From NCBI GenBank assembly GCA_028534125.1, contig CM052816.1:8744001-8808000 (forward strand): 64,000 bases of DNA, in the 5' to 3' direction. Position numbers and translations under genes: made by a program. Shown here one piece after another: positions 39,558 to 53,311 of this stretch. Position 1 is the stretch's first letter. Each line of letters starts with the position of its first letter. Source of the DNA: Lama glama (lineage: Eukaryota). The notes under the pieces were generated by a model. That model was not told the origin of the DNA. It did no database searches and saw only the letters and a program-made list of their open reading frames with translations.

Positions 39558-39950
39558 CTGTGTCCACTGAGGGCCTAGAGTCCATGATACTACAGTAGCA
39601 GTGAGCACGCCTAACACCTAGATCTTGATTTCTAAATACTAAAGGGAACTATGGCTCCTTGGAGAAATGTCTGACTTCAGGGCTGAGGCACAGAAGGTAC
39701 AAGATGAACCTGGAACATTCTGATGTGCCAGAAAGGAAGGAAACCTTGAAAAGTGATGGTTACGTGTCAGAAGGACACAGGAGCCACTTGAAGGCTTTTT
39801 ACTGGCCAAATCTATCAGTTACATTATCAGAATATCGATAGCAACATAACTCACTAAATAAGAACACGATTTCCATACTGATACAAAAATGAAGAGATGG
39901 GAAAGCTAAAGTAGAAAGTCAGCTAATAAAGGTAAAAGTAATGATTCATT
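39558..39950 (+). mobile_element. Old L1M (L1MC/L1MD-like) 3' fragment
   Basis: ggctccttggagaaatgtctgacttcagggctgaggcacagaaggtacaagatgaacctggaacat recalled as old L1M 3'UTR; boundaries approximate. Confidence 0.55.
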
Positions 39951-39958
39951 TAAAAAGT

Positions 39959-39990
39959 CAGAACATTTGCAGAACATTTGCAGAACATTT
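39959..39990. repeat. 11-bp tandem repeat (cagaacatttg) x ~3
   Basis: Directly visible. Confidence 0.9.
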
Positions 39991-42983
39991 ACATTGTCTT
40001 AAAAGTGGCTCCCTACTTTACGGAGTGCCTGAACACTTGAAAATATTTTTAACATTTTTGACCCTTATTCTCAGTTGGAAAGTAGAGAGATGGTATTCAA
40101 GTTTCTAAAATGGGAACAGTGTTTTCATAGAAGTCTTGCAGAATGTGAATTCATGTCGAATTTTACAGTTTTCAAGATTATGTACATCATCTCAATCCTC
40201 TTAATAATCATGCAGAAGTTACTGTTATTCCCATTGGGTAACTGGAGGAAAGTGTGGGATGGGATAACTGGGGAAAGTGTGGGACTACCTCAGTCAAGAC
40301 AGTAAGTTTTGCAGAGCCAGAACCTAAACCTGATTTCCTTTAGTTTTTCATACTGTTAAACCGTGGTGTCCCTCCCTGTGTTTCACCACTTCAAACCCAG
40401 AGATTGATAATGTTAGTTATTGAGTGATTTTTGCCAGGCACTTTTACAAGCACTTCACCTGTTTCTACCTAAATTGTCACAGCTTCCCATTAGGTAAGTG
40501 TCATCTCCATTTCACTTTTGAAGATAACAAAGCACAGGGTTGGAGAAGGTACTTCTCCCTGTTCTCTTGGTTTCCTAAGTGAGAACTAACTATTCCCCCT
40601 TTAAAACTGTTTATATTGCCCATGTGTCTTAAACAACAAAGTACTGAATAGGATGGTAGCCTTGGAGGAATTAAAATTCAAAATGATGTGATAGGAAGGT
40701 TTTCATAAACAAGTCGTCCACATAACTATTTGGTGTTAATAGAATCTACATTTAGGACCAAATACTAAAGCTTACTTTTCTTTGGTCTCAGAGATCAGTT
40801 GATGGACGTGAGGCCAAAAAGATGTACAGTACATATGTATTCAAGTTCCCAAAACCAAGACTGGGTTTTTTGGTCCAAAACCCAGACCAAACAATACTGT
40901 TGACATTTAAAAAAACTGTCCTTCCTAGTGGCACCTGCCATTAAGCCAGAGTGATTTTTTAAATACTGCACTTACCAGCCAGTCTCCACCTAGTTATCAC
41001 TAAGTACCTCATCTGTATGTTGACAAGAAAGGAAAGTATCTGCTAGTTTTGCTACTGAGCTGTCTTATTAAAAATTGACATTAGTTTCAGTCAGTTTAAA
41101 CCTGTTGATTAAAATTGTTGGTATTGGATGGACTTAAGACCTGTTATCCATATCTAATACAACCATAGGATACATTAGTAAAATTGCTTTCTGCTGGATA
41201 AAAATCAAATTTGATCAAGTTATTTTTGCTTGTGGTTGTGACTACTTCATTTACACTTTTGGAGTAGTTGCATGTAACCAGGTTTATATAGGTAGGTTAT
41301 ATACTAGAATATTCACTGAGATTTCTGTCTCTCCAGTACAATAGTACTTTTATAGCATCATATATGGAGTAGAATGTCTTAGGAAAATGTGGCATTTTTC
41401 TCAACATTACCATTGTAAGTCTGCAGTGTTACTGATTCAGAGAAGAAATAACTGAAGTAACCATTGGAAACAATTTCTGTGGGATGTCAGGCAGTCATCT
41501 GCTGGTTCTCTGCCAATGAACAGTGGCACAAATCTTGATGAAGTGCTGCGTTAGATTTTTAGGGTTGGAAGGGGGTAGGTGGGTATTTTTAGAAACTGCT
41601 CTCAACAGTTGCTAAGTAAATATGTTTTTATTAATTGCAGAACTGGTTTGTACTGTGCTAACATGCTTAGTCTAATGTTTTAGTCTAGATTTAGACACAG
41701 TAAAACTAATAAATTAGCATCTAGATTGTGTGTGTGTGTGTGTGGCCACCAAAAACACAAAGGTAAATACTTTGGACAGTTTTAATATGCTTGACTATCC
41801 TGACTCCTGCAGAACAGTGAAATGTGTTACCTTGAATTTTGTGATGGCGTGCATGATTTTTTTTTTAGCCTGTGTACAAAAGTGCAAATTCTATACAAAC
41901 AGTAATAGAGATTAATTTTACTTGCAGGTAGATTAGCAATTAAGGAGTCTTTTAAATGCCAGGCACTGTGGTGGTCCCCAGGGATTCAGGGGTGACAGTT
42001 CACATGAGGCTATATGCAATATGGGATGTTATCAAAATGGATTCATTGCTAGTGGAGCAGATGGAAATTAGAGAAGATGATCTCTTGAACTGCATGTTAA
42101 AGGATGAGAATACCTGAGTAATACCTAAATCATGACTAATTTTTCACAAAATTTGAATAATATGGAAGTATGGATTGTAGGAGGAAAAGTCCCATGCAGC
42201 CATGTCCCTATCCAGACAATTGTATAGATCTACAAGCCCTTGCACTGCCATCAAGGAGGAGATCTGAGAATGATAAGATAAATGACCTTAAGTGGTAGGG
42301 GCAGAGGAGGAGGATAAGTTGTGAGAAAATGCAAACAGCAAGCATAAAAACTTTAAGGAGTGTTGGGCAGGGAGCAGAGGACAGGACAGTTTTCAGCGCA
42401 GACTGCAGTCCCAACAATAGAGTATCTTCCTTGTCCACTTGCACCATCCAACCCTAACCATTGCTTCAGTAACAGCATCATAGATTGGTGGTGGTTAGGA
42501 CTCCTTGAGTTCTATTACATATTAAAGCACGTGTTTGTTGGATTTTAAGGCTGATAATCTGCCTCTGTGAGATACAATGTAATGTGTCCTAAAATGCCAC
42601 TTGTCCACGGTTCCTGTCTTTAGAGGAAAATGTGTTATAACTGGACATCAGGAAGAAAAATACCATACATTTATTTTATTCCATGCATTGTCACCCAGGA
42701 GAATATTAAATCTTGTAGAGGGGATTTTGCTGCTTGCAAAATCTGGAGATACCCACCCTTGTGCTTTTTTGTCTCCAGGTAGTGTATATGGACTGGTAAC
42801 AGGCTAAGGTGGATAAGAAAACAGCAAGACATGGAAAGCGTACAATATGGTCATTGAATCTTGAAGCTCTGATCTTCCTTTGGAATAATACCTGTCTAAG
42901 GTTACAGAACTTATTAGTGCCAGAGCTAGAAAAGGAACCTAGCTGAGTCCTCTTGTCGCTAAGCTGCGACTCCAGGCACAGGG

Positions 42984-43162
42984 CAGTGACTCTCCTAAGT
43001 AGAGTTCCAGAACCAGCAGCAGCATCTGGGAACTTGCTAGAAATGTGAATTTTCATGCTCTGCTACCAACCTGCTTAATGGAACTCTGGGGGATGGAGCC
43101 CAGCTATCTGTGTTTTAAGAAGCCCCTTGAGTATTCTCATACTCACTAAAGTTTAACACTGG
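42984..43162. mobile_element. MER5A-like hAT-Charlie element
   Basis: accagcagcagcatctgggaacttgctagaaatg...ctgtgttttaagaagccc...cactaaagttt. Confidence 0.75.
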
Positions 43163-43630
43163 CAAAAGAGTGACACCAGATGGGTGCTAGAGTGAACCAG
43201 AAGAGACCTATGATTTCATTTTGTTTTCTCATCTATAAAAATTTATGATTATAAATAAACTCTAGATTGTTACCTGCTGGTGGTTGTGAGTGTGGAATGA
43301 AGTCAAACACCATATATAGGTGAATGATTGGTCGCAGATGATGGAAAGCTGAAACATTCTCTTAGCTCATGAAAGCTGTGCATCTCCTCCCAACTCCACA
43401 TTTGGTGACGTGTTGGTAACTCAAAATAAGCTGTGGTGGGAAATTGAAAAATCCTATATACCAGGGCTTAGCCACCACCCCCAATTGGTTTATGAGCATA
43501 CTCCTGGTTCCAGATTACAAAGCTCATCAAATTTCTTTATCCTAGTTTGTGACTCTCAACTTGAGTTAAAATTACTTTTTAAATGATTGACGTAGAACCC
43601 TTTTAAGTTGGAAGTTTTTTTTAAAAATAT

Positions 43631-43773
43631 GGGGCAGGTATAGCTCAGTGCTAGAGTGTGTGCTTAGCATGCAACAGGTCCTGGGGTCCATCCTCAGTAC
43701 CTCCATTAAAATTAAGTAAATAAAGCTAATTAACTCCCCCTCACCCCAAAAAAGGCAAAAAAAAAAAAAAAAA
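43631..43773 (+). mobile_element. Vic-1 type SINE
   Basis: ggggcaggtatagctcagtgctagagtgtgtgcttagcatgc head with a poly(A) tail. Confidence 0.9.
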
Positions 43774-45053
43774 GAATAGGCGAGAGATCTGATTTCTGTA
43801 TCTTAACAGTACTTCACTTTCTGTCTAAACTAGTTATTGGTGAATCCTGTGTCACACCTCCCTGCCCTCAACACACATTTTCAGTAACAAAGGCGTGGGG
43901 CCAGAAGTGCCCCAAGCCAGAGATGTTGCTTTGGGAGTGGCCACTACACAGGTGATAGTTGAAACTCCAGGACTCAGTGAGTTTTTCCAGACTCAGTTTT
44001 GATCTGGATGTGAAGAGGTTTGAACACAGAACTCTGGGGCAATACAAAGATAAAGAATGATGAATTACTGAAGAAAAATGGAGAGCAGTCACAGAGGAGG
44101 GCATCCAGAAAGTCATGTGTCATGTGGAGATGTCAAGAAGGAAGCTATATTACCAGTCAAGGTACTTTATGTTGATTCCTGCAACAAACAAACTGTAGAA
44201 TAATTTCTTTATGCAAAATAAATAAGAAAACAGCAAGGCAAAATAAATTTCTCCTTAATATGAGTGGAGGAGTCTTCCATCTCAGCCTCCCAGGTTGAAG
44301 CAGCAGGGAAAAGATGCTGGAGGCACACCAGCATTGAATGGCCTCATGGGATTAACATGTATTGCTTTTTCTTTTCACAGACCATTGGCTAAAACTAGTC
44401 AGGCCCAATCTGTCTGCAAAGGAGGCTTATAAACTTTGGAGCACAAATTGTTTGCAGGTGCTGTTGTAGAGAAAGTTGGGTGTGTCAGAATGTCCTCTGG
44501 CTCTTTATACCCTCAGGTTTTCAGGCTAGATCTTCCAGGACCGCAGAGCCTGGAGCCAATAAACTGATGGCTCTCTGGCACAGACTCCTCACCTCTTTCA
44601 GGGCTTGTCACATAGGAAAATAAGCCATGAAGTCACTGTTGCTAGGAAATGTGTAAACACAGCAAGAAATCTGTCTATCTGCTGAGGGTTTAGTGTTGCA
44701 ATTTTCCCATAAATGACCAGCAGCTGTTTGACCCTTGGGGCACTCTCGCTCCATGTTGACATAGGAACAAGGAAGAAAAGAGTATGTATCTACCCTGCTA
44801 GAAAAGTTTCTTTTAGGGCAGAAGCCATAACTTTTTCCCCTTGTTCATGGAATCTAGTACAAGAAAGTGACCAGTAAAACCGCTGTTGAATATTAATACA
44901 GACCAGGATAATATTAGCTTTCAGCAGTAGTATGGATTTTATGGTCAGTTACAATCTAAACATTATCTCTTTTTCAAGTTCTGTTGCTAGGCCACATCTA
45001 TCTTGGACCTATGCAAACAAAAAATTATTTTTTGCCTAGCTGCTGGTGGTTTT

Positions 45054-45607
45054 CTTTTTTCTTTTTTTTTAATTGATGTATAATCAGTTTACAATGTTGT
45101 GTTAATTTCTGGTGTACAGTATAGTGATTTATACATATATGTATATTCCTTTTCATATTCCTTTTCATTATAGGCTATTACAAGATAGTGAAAATAATTC
45201 CCTGTGCTATACAGTAGGACTTTGTTGTTACCCTATTTTATATATAGTAGTTAGCATCTAGAAATCCTAAACTCCCAATTTATCCCTCCCCACCTTTCCC
45301 CCTCCCCTAGTAATCATGTTTGTTTTCTATGTCTGTGAGTCTGTTTCTGTTTTGTAAATAAGTTGTGTCATTTTTTTCGAGTCCACACATAAGTCATATC
45401 ATATGGTATTCCTTTTTCTGGCTTACTTCACTCAGTATGACAATCTCCAGGTCCATCCATTTTGCTGCAAATGGCATTATTTTATTCTTTTTTATGTCTG
45501 AGTAGTAGTCCATTATATACATATACCACATCTTTATTCAATCATCTGTTGATGGACATTTAGGTTACTTCCATGTCTTGGCTATTGTAAATAGTGCTGC
45601 TGTGAAC
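45054..45607 (-). mobile_element. 5'-truncated L1 with TSD
   Basis: Poly-T start, L1 3' sequence (gttgatggacatttaggttacttccatgtcttggctattgtaaatagtgctgc); TSD ctgctggtggtttt (45040) / ctgctggtgatttt (45608). Confidence 0.9.
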
Positions 45608-45909
45608 CTGCTGGTGATTTTAGATTCAATGCTTTTAAATGGCTCCACCATTAATCATTACTACCCCCAAAAGAGACTAGCAAAAGCTTCCCAGATTCAG
45701 CTTCTTTGAAAATTGTAATCTCCTCCCTAACTGTGAAAGGAATTTTATAGTTACTTGATACTTGATCCTGGGCTTGTGTATGTGTGTGTTGTGTTTAAGT
45801 ATGTTTTCAAAAGGTCAGGGTTGCAGGCCTACCTAAATTGGAAAATTTTAATTCTTTTTCTTACTCCAAACAGTGCTGACCCTTCAAGTGGACTTAAAAA
45901 CTGAAGTGC

Positions 45910-46084
45910 TTTTTTTTTTTTTAACATTTTTAAAATTGAGTTATAGTCATTTTACAATGTTGTGTCAAATTCCAGTGTAGATCACAATTTTTCAGTTATA
46001 CATGAACATACATATATTCATTGTCACATTTTTTTTCGCTGTGAGCTACCACAAGATCTTGTATATATTTCTCTGTAATCTTGG
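45910..46084 (-). mobile_element. Short young L1 3' end with perfect 13-bp TSD
   Basis: TSD aaaactgaagtgc at 45897-45909 and 46085-46097; poly-T start. Confidence 0.88.
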
Positions 46085-48622
46085 AAAACTGAAGTGCCTT
46101 TTTATGCTTGCCTTTTGCTCAAGAACCTGCTATCCATTCTGCTTTCCAAAGGCCCTCAAAGATGACTTGAAAACTTAATTTGGGTCTGTTTAATAGCGAG
46201 CTTCAGAACCCATACTTAAGGTGGTTTGTTGCTTTGTTAACATTGTGTGCCTAGTGATTTGCCACATACAGTGTGTGATTAAACTCTCACCTCTGGCTTT
46301 TTTGCAACCTGAGCTCCAAGATCCTCATGCATTGCAATGGTTAGCTAAGTATCTTGATTGACTCACCATGTCTACAAATGAAGCTACTATGTTGCCTCCT
46401 TAAACCTTCTTTTCCTCCTATAATTCTCTCTCTGTCTTGAAGAATGGAAGCTCCCAAGCAGGACACCTGGGGAGCCATCCTTCACTCATCTGCTCCTCAC
46501 TGGTTCTCCCTAAATTTGGCCTTTAAAGCCTCTCTGAACTCTTGCAGTAGCCTCTAATATAGTCTTCTTGCCTTCAATCTAATTTCTCCAATACATTCTC
46601 CCCTTCATTCTTCCTGAATGTGCCACCCTTATTTCAGGATAATGATGAAACTCCATGGTTTGTCCCCTGCTTACCAAGCTATTCAACCTCATCTCTTGGC
46701 TTCTATCCTCAGCTCCAGTCTCCATCCCAACACCCTACACCCCAGATACACTCAGTTCCCAGGACTCACTGTGCCATCATGTCTTCATGTACTTCTTGTG
46801 TTAGAAATACCTTCCACTTTCTCCTCCTATCTGGCCACTTGTTCAATTCACACAACTCTAGGAAGCTGGTGGCATTTAATGACGAACTAGGGCCCACACC
46901 CTTCCGGAGCAGCTCTGCTCACCATTGTCCTTTGAAAAAAAAAACACATGGACAAATTCCAGTCAGAAATTCTACACCATTCCCTTTTCTCCTTGAACTC
47001 CTATTTCCAGTCTGTTTTCCCCACAGGGTTTAATTGATTATACATGCAATTCATTTTCATGCCTTACTGTCTTTTAATGATTGCCATATTATATTTCTTT
47101 GAAACAAAGATATGCACTTAATTTCCATTTTTAATTTCTTGTGACCATGAAACTTGGAAGTGCTGTATCTTCTGTCTAGAGTTGCTGTTACAGTTTTTAG
47201 ACCTAATTGATCAAAGCCACATAAATGTATTACAAGTTCTGATAACCATTTGAATATTAAGAGTTAAATTTTAGTTATTGAGATGGGTTTTTTAAAATGC
47301 ATGTTCATATATACATTGATAAATGTTATTTATTCTTAGATTGAGACAGGAATCACCATCAATGCTATCCCTGTTTTTCATTTTAATTCATGTATTAGTT
47401 TAGAAGTCTTGTTCACATAATTATGTGAAACCAGAAGAAGTTTTGTTATTACATTGTCACTTAATTCTTTGCCTTCTTTCCAAGATATATGTCCAAATCA
47501 CTCAGAGATCTTTTACTGAAAATCAGTGAACAATTCCATTAGACCTTCCTTCAATGTTGTACCATGGCAACCTCTTTTGTATAAAGCTGATTCCCTGAAG
47601 GAAGAGCACTGTATGCCCACTGTTTGAAGGCCCATGAGAGTAGAAGCTTCTTGGGGTAGGGCTGCCGTCAAGGCCTTAGGCTCCTAAGCCCACAAGGGGC
47701 CACCAGTAGTTTTCTTCTGGCTCTCGCCTTACTCCTTTCCCTCTTCAGGCTTGAATCTCTGGATCTGGTTCTTGAAACTTCCTTGAGCTGAGTATCAGGA
47801 TTGTTTTCGGCCTCCCACTCTAACAACCCCTCTCCCTGAGCTGACTATCTCTGCAGGACAAAGACTCACCTAGTATAATTAGCAAATCAACTCCGTGATC
47901 TAAAATGATGGTGCTGCTCTTAAAAACATCAACAGAGAGAAGGCCTCTCTGAAAGCCAGCCCACCACATTCACCTCCTGGGTTCAAAGTGATGTGCTTTT
48001 TAAAAGACAAGTTGGTTGGAAGCTTTCAGTGTCAGCTTTTTGAGCCATGTACAGTCAGCTCTTAAACAAGGTAGGGAACTAGCAGGCTCTACCTAATTCC
48101 CTAAACCACTCTAGAAAATTGGGCGGTGCTGGCCCCAACTTGCCTCTGTTAGCATTTTAGCTCAGGGCATTAACTTTGCTTTTGTGTCTGGCCCTACTTG
48201 GATCCATGCCTCTTTCTGACCACATTAATTATCTCAGTTTTCTCCAAGACCCTCTCCTTGTCTTGCTCCCATTTCCAATAAAGATGAAGTCACAACATCA
48301 ATGCTGTGTATGTTGGTAACTTTCTCTTGCATTAACCTTTGCTCTGAAACAGAAACAAAATCCTATTTGCTGCTAGGAGGCAGCTTGATGCCTTGGAAAT
48401 AGCCAGGAAGCTGGTGGAGACCAAAGACCACAGACCACAGTTACTAGACTTCACTTTATCATTGACAGTGACCCATGTTACCGCCTTCCTCCACCCTGAC
48501 ACTCAATTCCTGCATGTAAACAATTGGATACAATTTTTTGCCCTGTCTTATCTGCCTACCTAGGGTCAAGGGAAAAGCAAAAGTTTTGTTTGCTATGTTT
48601 AGAACAGTACCAAGCATACAAT

Positions 48623-48654
48623 CAGCTGTTGACAGCTGTTGACAGCTGTTGACA
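48623..48654. repeat. 10-bp tandem repeat (cagctgttga) x3
   Basis: Directly visible. Confidence 0.9.
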
Positions 48655-49239
48655 AATGTTAGCAACCGATATTGATATCCAAGGGGAAGGCAGTCCCAAA
48701 ATTTGCGGCCTAGTTCCCAAGGAAATCTTTCTCATGATCTCACGGAACATAGATTATGTGGATTTTGATAGAGGAAGATGGAGCTCCAACTGGTGAGCAG
48801 ACCTAGAGAGTTAAAGCATTATCTCCTTAAGCCCATCATCCAAATGGGAAAAGCCAAGAGCCACACTGCTGAGGCCTGGGCTGCTAGGGAAAGTGGGCGG
48901 ACAGGCTGCTTTGCCAGCTCGGACTCAGCCCGCTGGTTTCCACAGCTCTTCATGGGGTGAGTCATGGTAGCTGCATGTCTGGGCAGCCCAACCTGCCTAG
49001 TGGAGGGAAGGCTGGGGACACCTGGGAGAGCCAGTTCTGCCCCAGGGTGACTGCTGGGAAGAGCCTCCACTCCCAGCCCTGAGGTGGATAATAGGGAATG
49101 CTCCAGGTGGAGCAAGGGAAAGAAGATGTGCTGGACAACAATGGCCCAAACTGAAGTGGCTGAGGAGGCCCAGGCCCTGTTCTCAGACAGCTGTGGTCCA
49201 TCCAGAGCAGAGACCATGCACACAGGAGCTGGGAGAAGC

Positions 49240-49420
49240 AGTGTTAGTGGCTAAGAGCTCAGTGCTGGAGTCTCAGGACATCTGGGTGTAGCTTCCAGCC
49301 CCACCACCTACTGGCTGTGTGACTTTAGGCAAATCACTCAGCCTCGCAGCTCTAAAGAGGGAGATGATATCTGTCCCCTGAGGTTTTCATGAGAATTCAA
49401 TAATGTTTTGTAAAAACACA
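49240..49420 (+). mobile_element. MIR SINE (similar remnants near 52070-52280, 54980-55170, 58470-58640, 59530-59640, 61590-61680)
   Basis: ctggctgtgtgactttaggcaaatcactcagcctc MIR core. Confidence 0.65.
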
Positions 49421-50099
49421 ATTCAGGATAAAGATCTCTGCAAATGTCTAGCCAATGGAGTTGGAGGCATTCCAGGCAAAGCTGAACCAAGGGGCTGAGG
49501 CTGGAAAGTGATGTCCTCCTGAGAGCTGAGGAGGCAACCGAGAAATTCACCGCGCCGAGTGAGGTGGGGCAGGGGAAGGAGGCGTGAAGGAAGGTTTCTT
49601 CAAGTGTAGGGTGTCAAGAAGACCCGATTCCAGAGACAGCTTTTTACACTTTAGGACACAGGGAGCCCGTAAATGTATTTTCAGAGGTAGGGGTGCCTTC
49701 AAAGCACTGGAAGGCAGCGCTATATTGTGTTTTCAGGTGCAAGTTTTGGCACATTTCCTTGGGGAGGTGACATGGGCAATGAGGACAAGGCAAAGCAGCA
49801 GCCTACCACCCGGGACACACCCACAAGCAGTCGTCAGCCTCACACTGCACCCCTGGAGGAGGAGGTAAGAAGCCAGCGGGTGACCCGAGTCTCAGGTCTT
49901 GGAGACTCGTGGACTGAGCTCCCAAGGCCCAAGCCCAGTGTAGAGACCGGGCGCTCCGCGGGCTCTCTGGATACAGTGTAGAATGAAAGAGAGCCAGGAG
50001 CCCCTGGCCCAGCCCGGTAGTTGTGAAGGAGGAAGAACAGCCCAGACTGGGAGCCGGAGGTACAGGAGCCCACAGCAGGCTGTGGGAGAGCTGGGCCTA

Positions 50100-50230
50100 C
50101 AAGTGCGGGGGCTCCTCCCTCCACTCCAGCCTCCCCGTCCCCGCCCTCGCTCTCCGCCCCTCCCCCAGGCCGAGGAGCGCCGCCCCCACAGCCAGCGGGC
50201 TCTCACCCCCACCCGGGGAAGGGAGGTGAG
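50100..50230. promoter_or_regulatory. Small CpG/GC-box patch (SP/KLF sites)
   Basis: About 10 CpG in 120 bp; ccccgccc at 50139, ctccgcccc at 50152, gccgccccc near 50179. Confidence 0.5.
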
Positions 50231-53200
50231 GTCAGCAGTTTTCCGAGAGAGGAGGGTGCCGCCCTGCCTGACATGGTTTCACAGTCTCTCCCTCGTCTCT
50301 CCTTCTCGCTACAGTCAGGAGCTTCTGATGAGCCTTGCCAGGCAACCTTTGCCTCCTTGGAAAGCCTCCAGCACACTCACAAGGAAACCGTCCTTGCCTG
50401 TATTCTGCATTCTTGGAAGCCCTTCGCACTCCTTGTCCAGAGAGGCTTGGCGCTGCTCCTCACCCACTTGCCCTCTTCTGGTGGCCTCACACACAGTGCG
50501 GGGCACAAGGCCTTTCCCCTTCTCTCCACTGCCCTGGAAGGCGGTCATTGCCCACCCGGAGAAACCCAGGTAGGAGGGCAGAGGCGCAGGGCAGTGAGTG
50601 AGCCTCAGGACTTGCCTCTCCGTGGCCCCCCTGCAGAGATGCAGACTTCCCAGCGCAGCAGCAGCAGCAGCCCAGTCCGCCTTCACAAATACCCAGCCAG
50701 GTCATGTCAGCCCTCTGTTCAAAACCCCACCTCAGTCTGGGTAAGGCCCAGGTCTACACAAGCCCTACACTCACGCCGTCTGTCACTTCCCTGATCTCAT
50801 CCATGTGGCTCTCCCTCAGCCTCCCCTCCAGTCACCCGGACACCTCACTGCTTCCCTCTCACCAGGACATGCCCACCAGTCTGGGGCATTTGTATGTCCC
50901 CCAGAGTCCTCCTTCTCATCTTTGCTGGAATGTCAGCTTCTCAGGGAGGCGGCCTTCCCCGACCGCGCTCTTTGCAGATTCAACCTGCTCTTCACTCCTC
51001 AGACCCCTCTCTCTCTGTTTTATTTTTCTCCAGCTAACCTACTGGATATTTTACTTATCATTTTAAAGTAACAGTCATCTCAGTCCCAGATAGGATGATG
51101 GCAACACGAGAGCAGATGCTTTTGTCTGTCTTCACTGCTGTATCCCTGGGATGTAGTACCATGCTCTGCCCACAGCAGGCCCTCCACAAACACCTCTGAA
51201 CGCTGAAAGGATAAATGAGGGGATGCATAAATGAATTAAAACAGTGACATATGCTATTTTGCCCTCCTGGGCAGAGGAAGTCCCCTCCCAGCTATGGGAA
51301 ATCCCCTCCCAGCTTTGGAAATCCTGGGAAGTGCCAGATGTGACCTTTTGTAAGAGAGAAGGGACCAAGCTGTGCGCCAGGATCTTGGCTGTTAAAACCA
51401 CCAGGTGCAGTCACCTCCTCCCAGCCACCTCCTCTAAACATGCTTCTTTTATATTTTAGAGAGAGCTTAATCCACCCCTTTGGTCCCAATTGTCATTCTT
51501 GACTACATTTTCTCCACTTTCTTTGCATCTTTCATATTTATTGGAAGTACTATAAAAGGCTCAAATCTTTAGCATGCAGCTTGATGAATTTTTACATATA
51601 TGCCCACCTGGGTAACTGCCACACAATTCAAGATCTGAGCCATTTCTGTCACCATGGGAGGCTTCCCCAAAGGTCCTCACCCTCCTGACCTTGTCACCGT
51701 AGGATCGGCTTCGTCCGTTTTAGAACTTCACTTAAATAGAATCATACAGCATGTGCACTTCTGTGACTGTCTTCTTTTGCCCAACATTGTCTGTGAGGTT
51801 TCCCTGCATTGTCCTGTCAGGCGTTTGCTTTTCTTTTTTTTTTTATTGCTGTATGTATTCCTTGTCACATCTTCTTGAGTGTGGATTACATGATCTGGAC
51901 CAGTTCTTTCTTCAGCCTCACAAAGGACACGGGGAGCCCTACACTCGCTTATCCCTCTGGTCTGTGGCTTTTCATGAATACACAGGTTGGAGAGAGACTC
52001 GGTTGCTCGGCTCCAGACTTGGAGACTTCATCACAGGCCATGGAAGGCAGATCAGCTTCACAGGCAAGGGCTTGGGCCTTGGAATCAGGCCTGGGTTCAA
52101 AATGCTCATCCATCACTTCTTGGCAATGTGAACTTGGGCAAATCCCCAGGCCTTCATTTCTTTTCTTCATCTGTATAATGCAGATATAATTATACTACTG
52201 ACTGTGGCATTTCTGTGAATATTAAAGAAAATGACCATGAGTCTGGTGCTCAGGGCATTGTAGATGCTTGATAAATGCTGGTCCTTTTTTATTATGGCTT
52301 TATACCACCAGACACTCCTCCACAATGGTCTTTATTGGCATCTTTGCCCAATAGGCCAATCCGTAGCTATTTCCTGGCCATCTCGCCTCACCTCTACTGG
52401 GCTGCCTGCTGAGGCCTCAATTTCCCCAACTTTCAAAGCACTTTTATAAATGGGCACAGGGGAGCAACCGGAATCCAGAAGAAACATGAGGAAACGCACA
52501 TATACATTTACAAGCATCATAATGAAAGCTTTGTATCCTCTCTGGATAAGATCCATTATCAGACCTTTCCCATAGGACTTTGAACTTGAGCTTCACAAAG
52601 TGCTAAGTGAAGAGGTAGCTTAAGTGCAGGAGGCTGGCCCCAAATTGAGATTCAATCTGCTTTCCTGAACGGAGACGCCTAGGCCACTCACACCTACCCA
52701 CAAGGAGCTGTTGCCTCCCAGCCAGAGAGCTGCCGTCTGCACCAACGCAGCCACACGTAAGACCCAGCCCCACAGAGGGGGCCTGGGCGTCTTGTGGGGT
52801 TCCTAACGTCACTCCATGACTCAGCCTCTGGGACTACCAGCCTGGCCACGACACAGCAGCGTGGCACACGCCATGGCTCTGTCAAGGGTGCATTGGGAGC
52901 GTTTAGTCACTCCACCCGCCACCCATGATGACCTAGGAACCATCACGAAGGACTGATAACAAGAGCAGTAGTATAGGATATGGTTGACAAGTGACAGTCT
53001 CTCAGTCACAGATTAAGTGGGACACGGAGTGGCTTAGGAACTGTGGCTGTCCTTGTTGGTGAGAGATCTCAGCACTGTCAGCGAGTGCTTAGCCCCTCCT
53101 TCCTCAGCGTCCTCCTTGCAGTGAAATTCAGAGCCATATACCAGGGCTCTCTCACTGTCCCTGCGGCAGTCACCCTGCAGGACACGCTGCAGCACGCTGG

Positions 53201-53311
53201 CAGCCACTGTGCAGCAAATAATATAATAACGAACTTTCGTTGAGTGATGACTCTGTGGCAGGCGCTTCATGCCTTAGTTCATTTAATCCAATCAACAGAT
53301 TTGTGAGATGG

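Noticed and set aside
45832..45841. Perfect CArG box CCTAAATTGG (SRF site)
   Set aside because: Single site between two L1 insertions in AT-rich DNA; one per ten or so kb is expected by chance.
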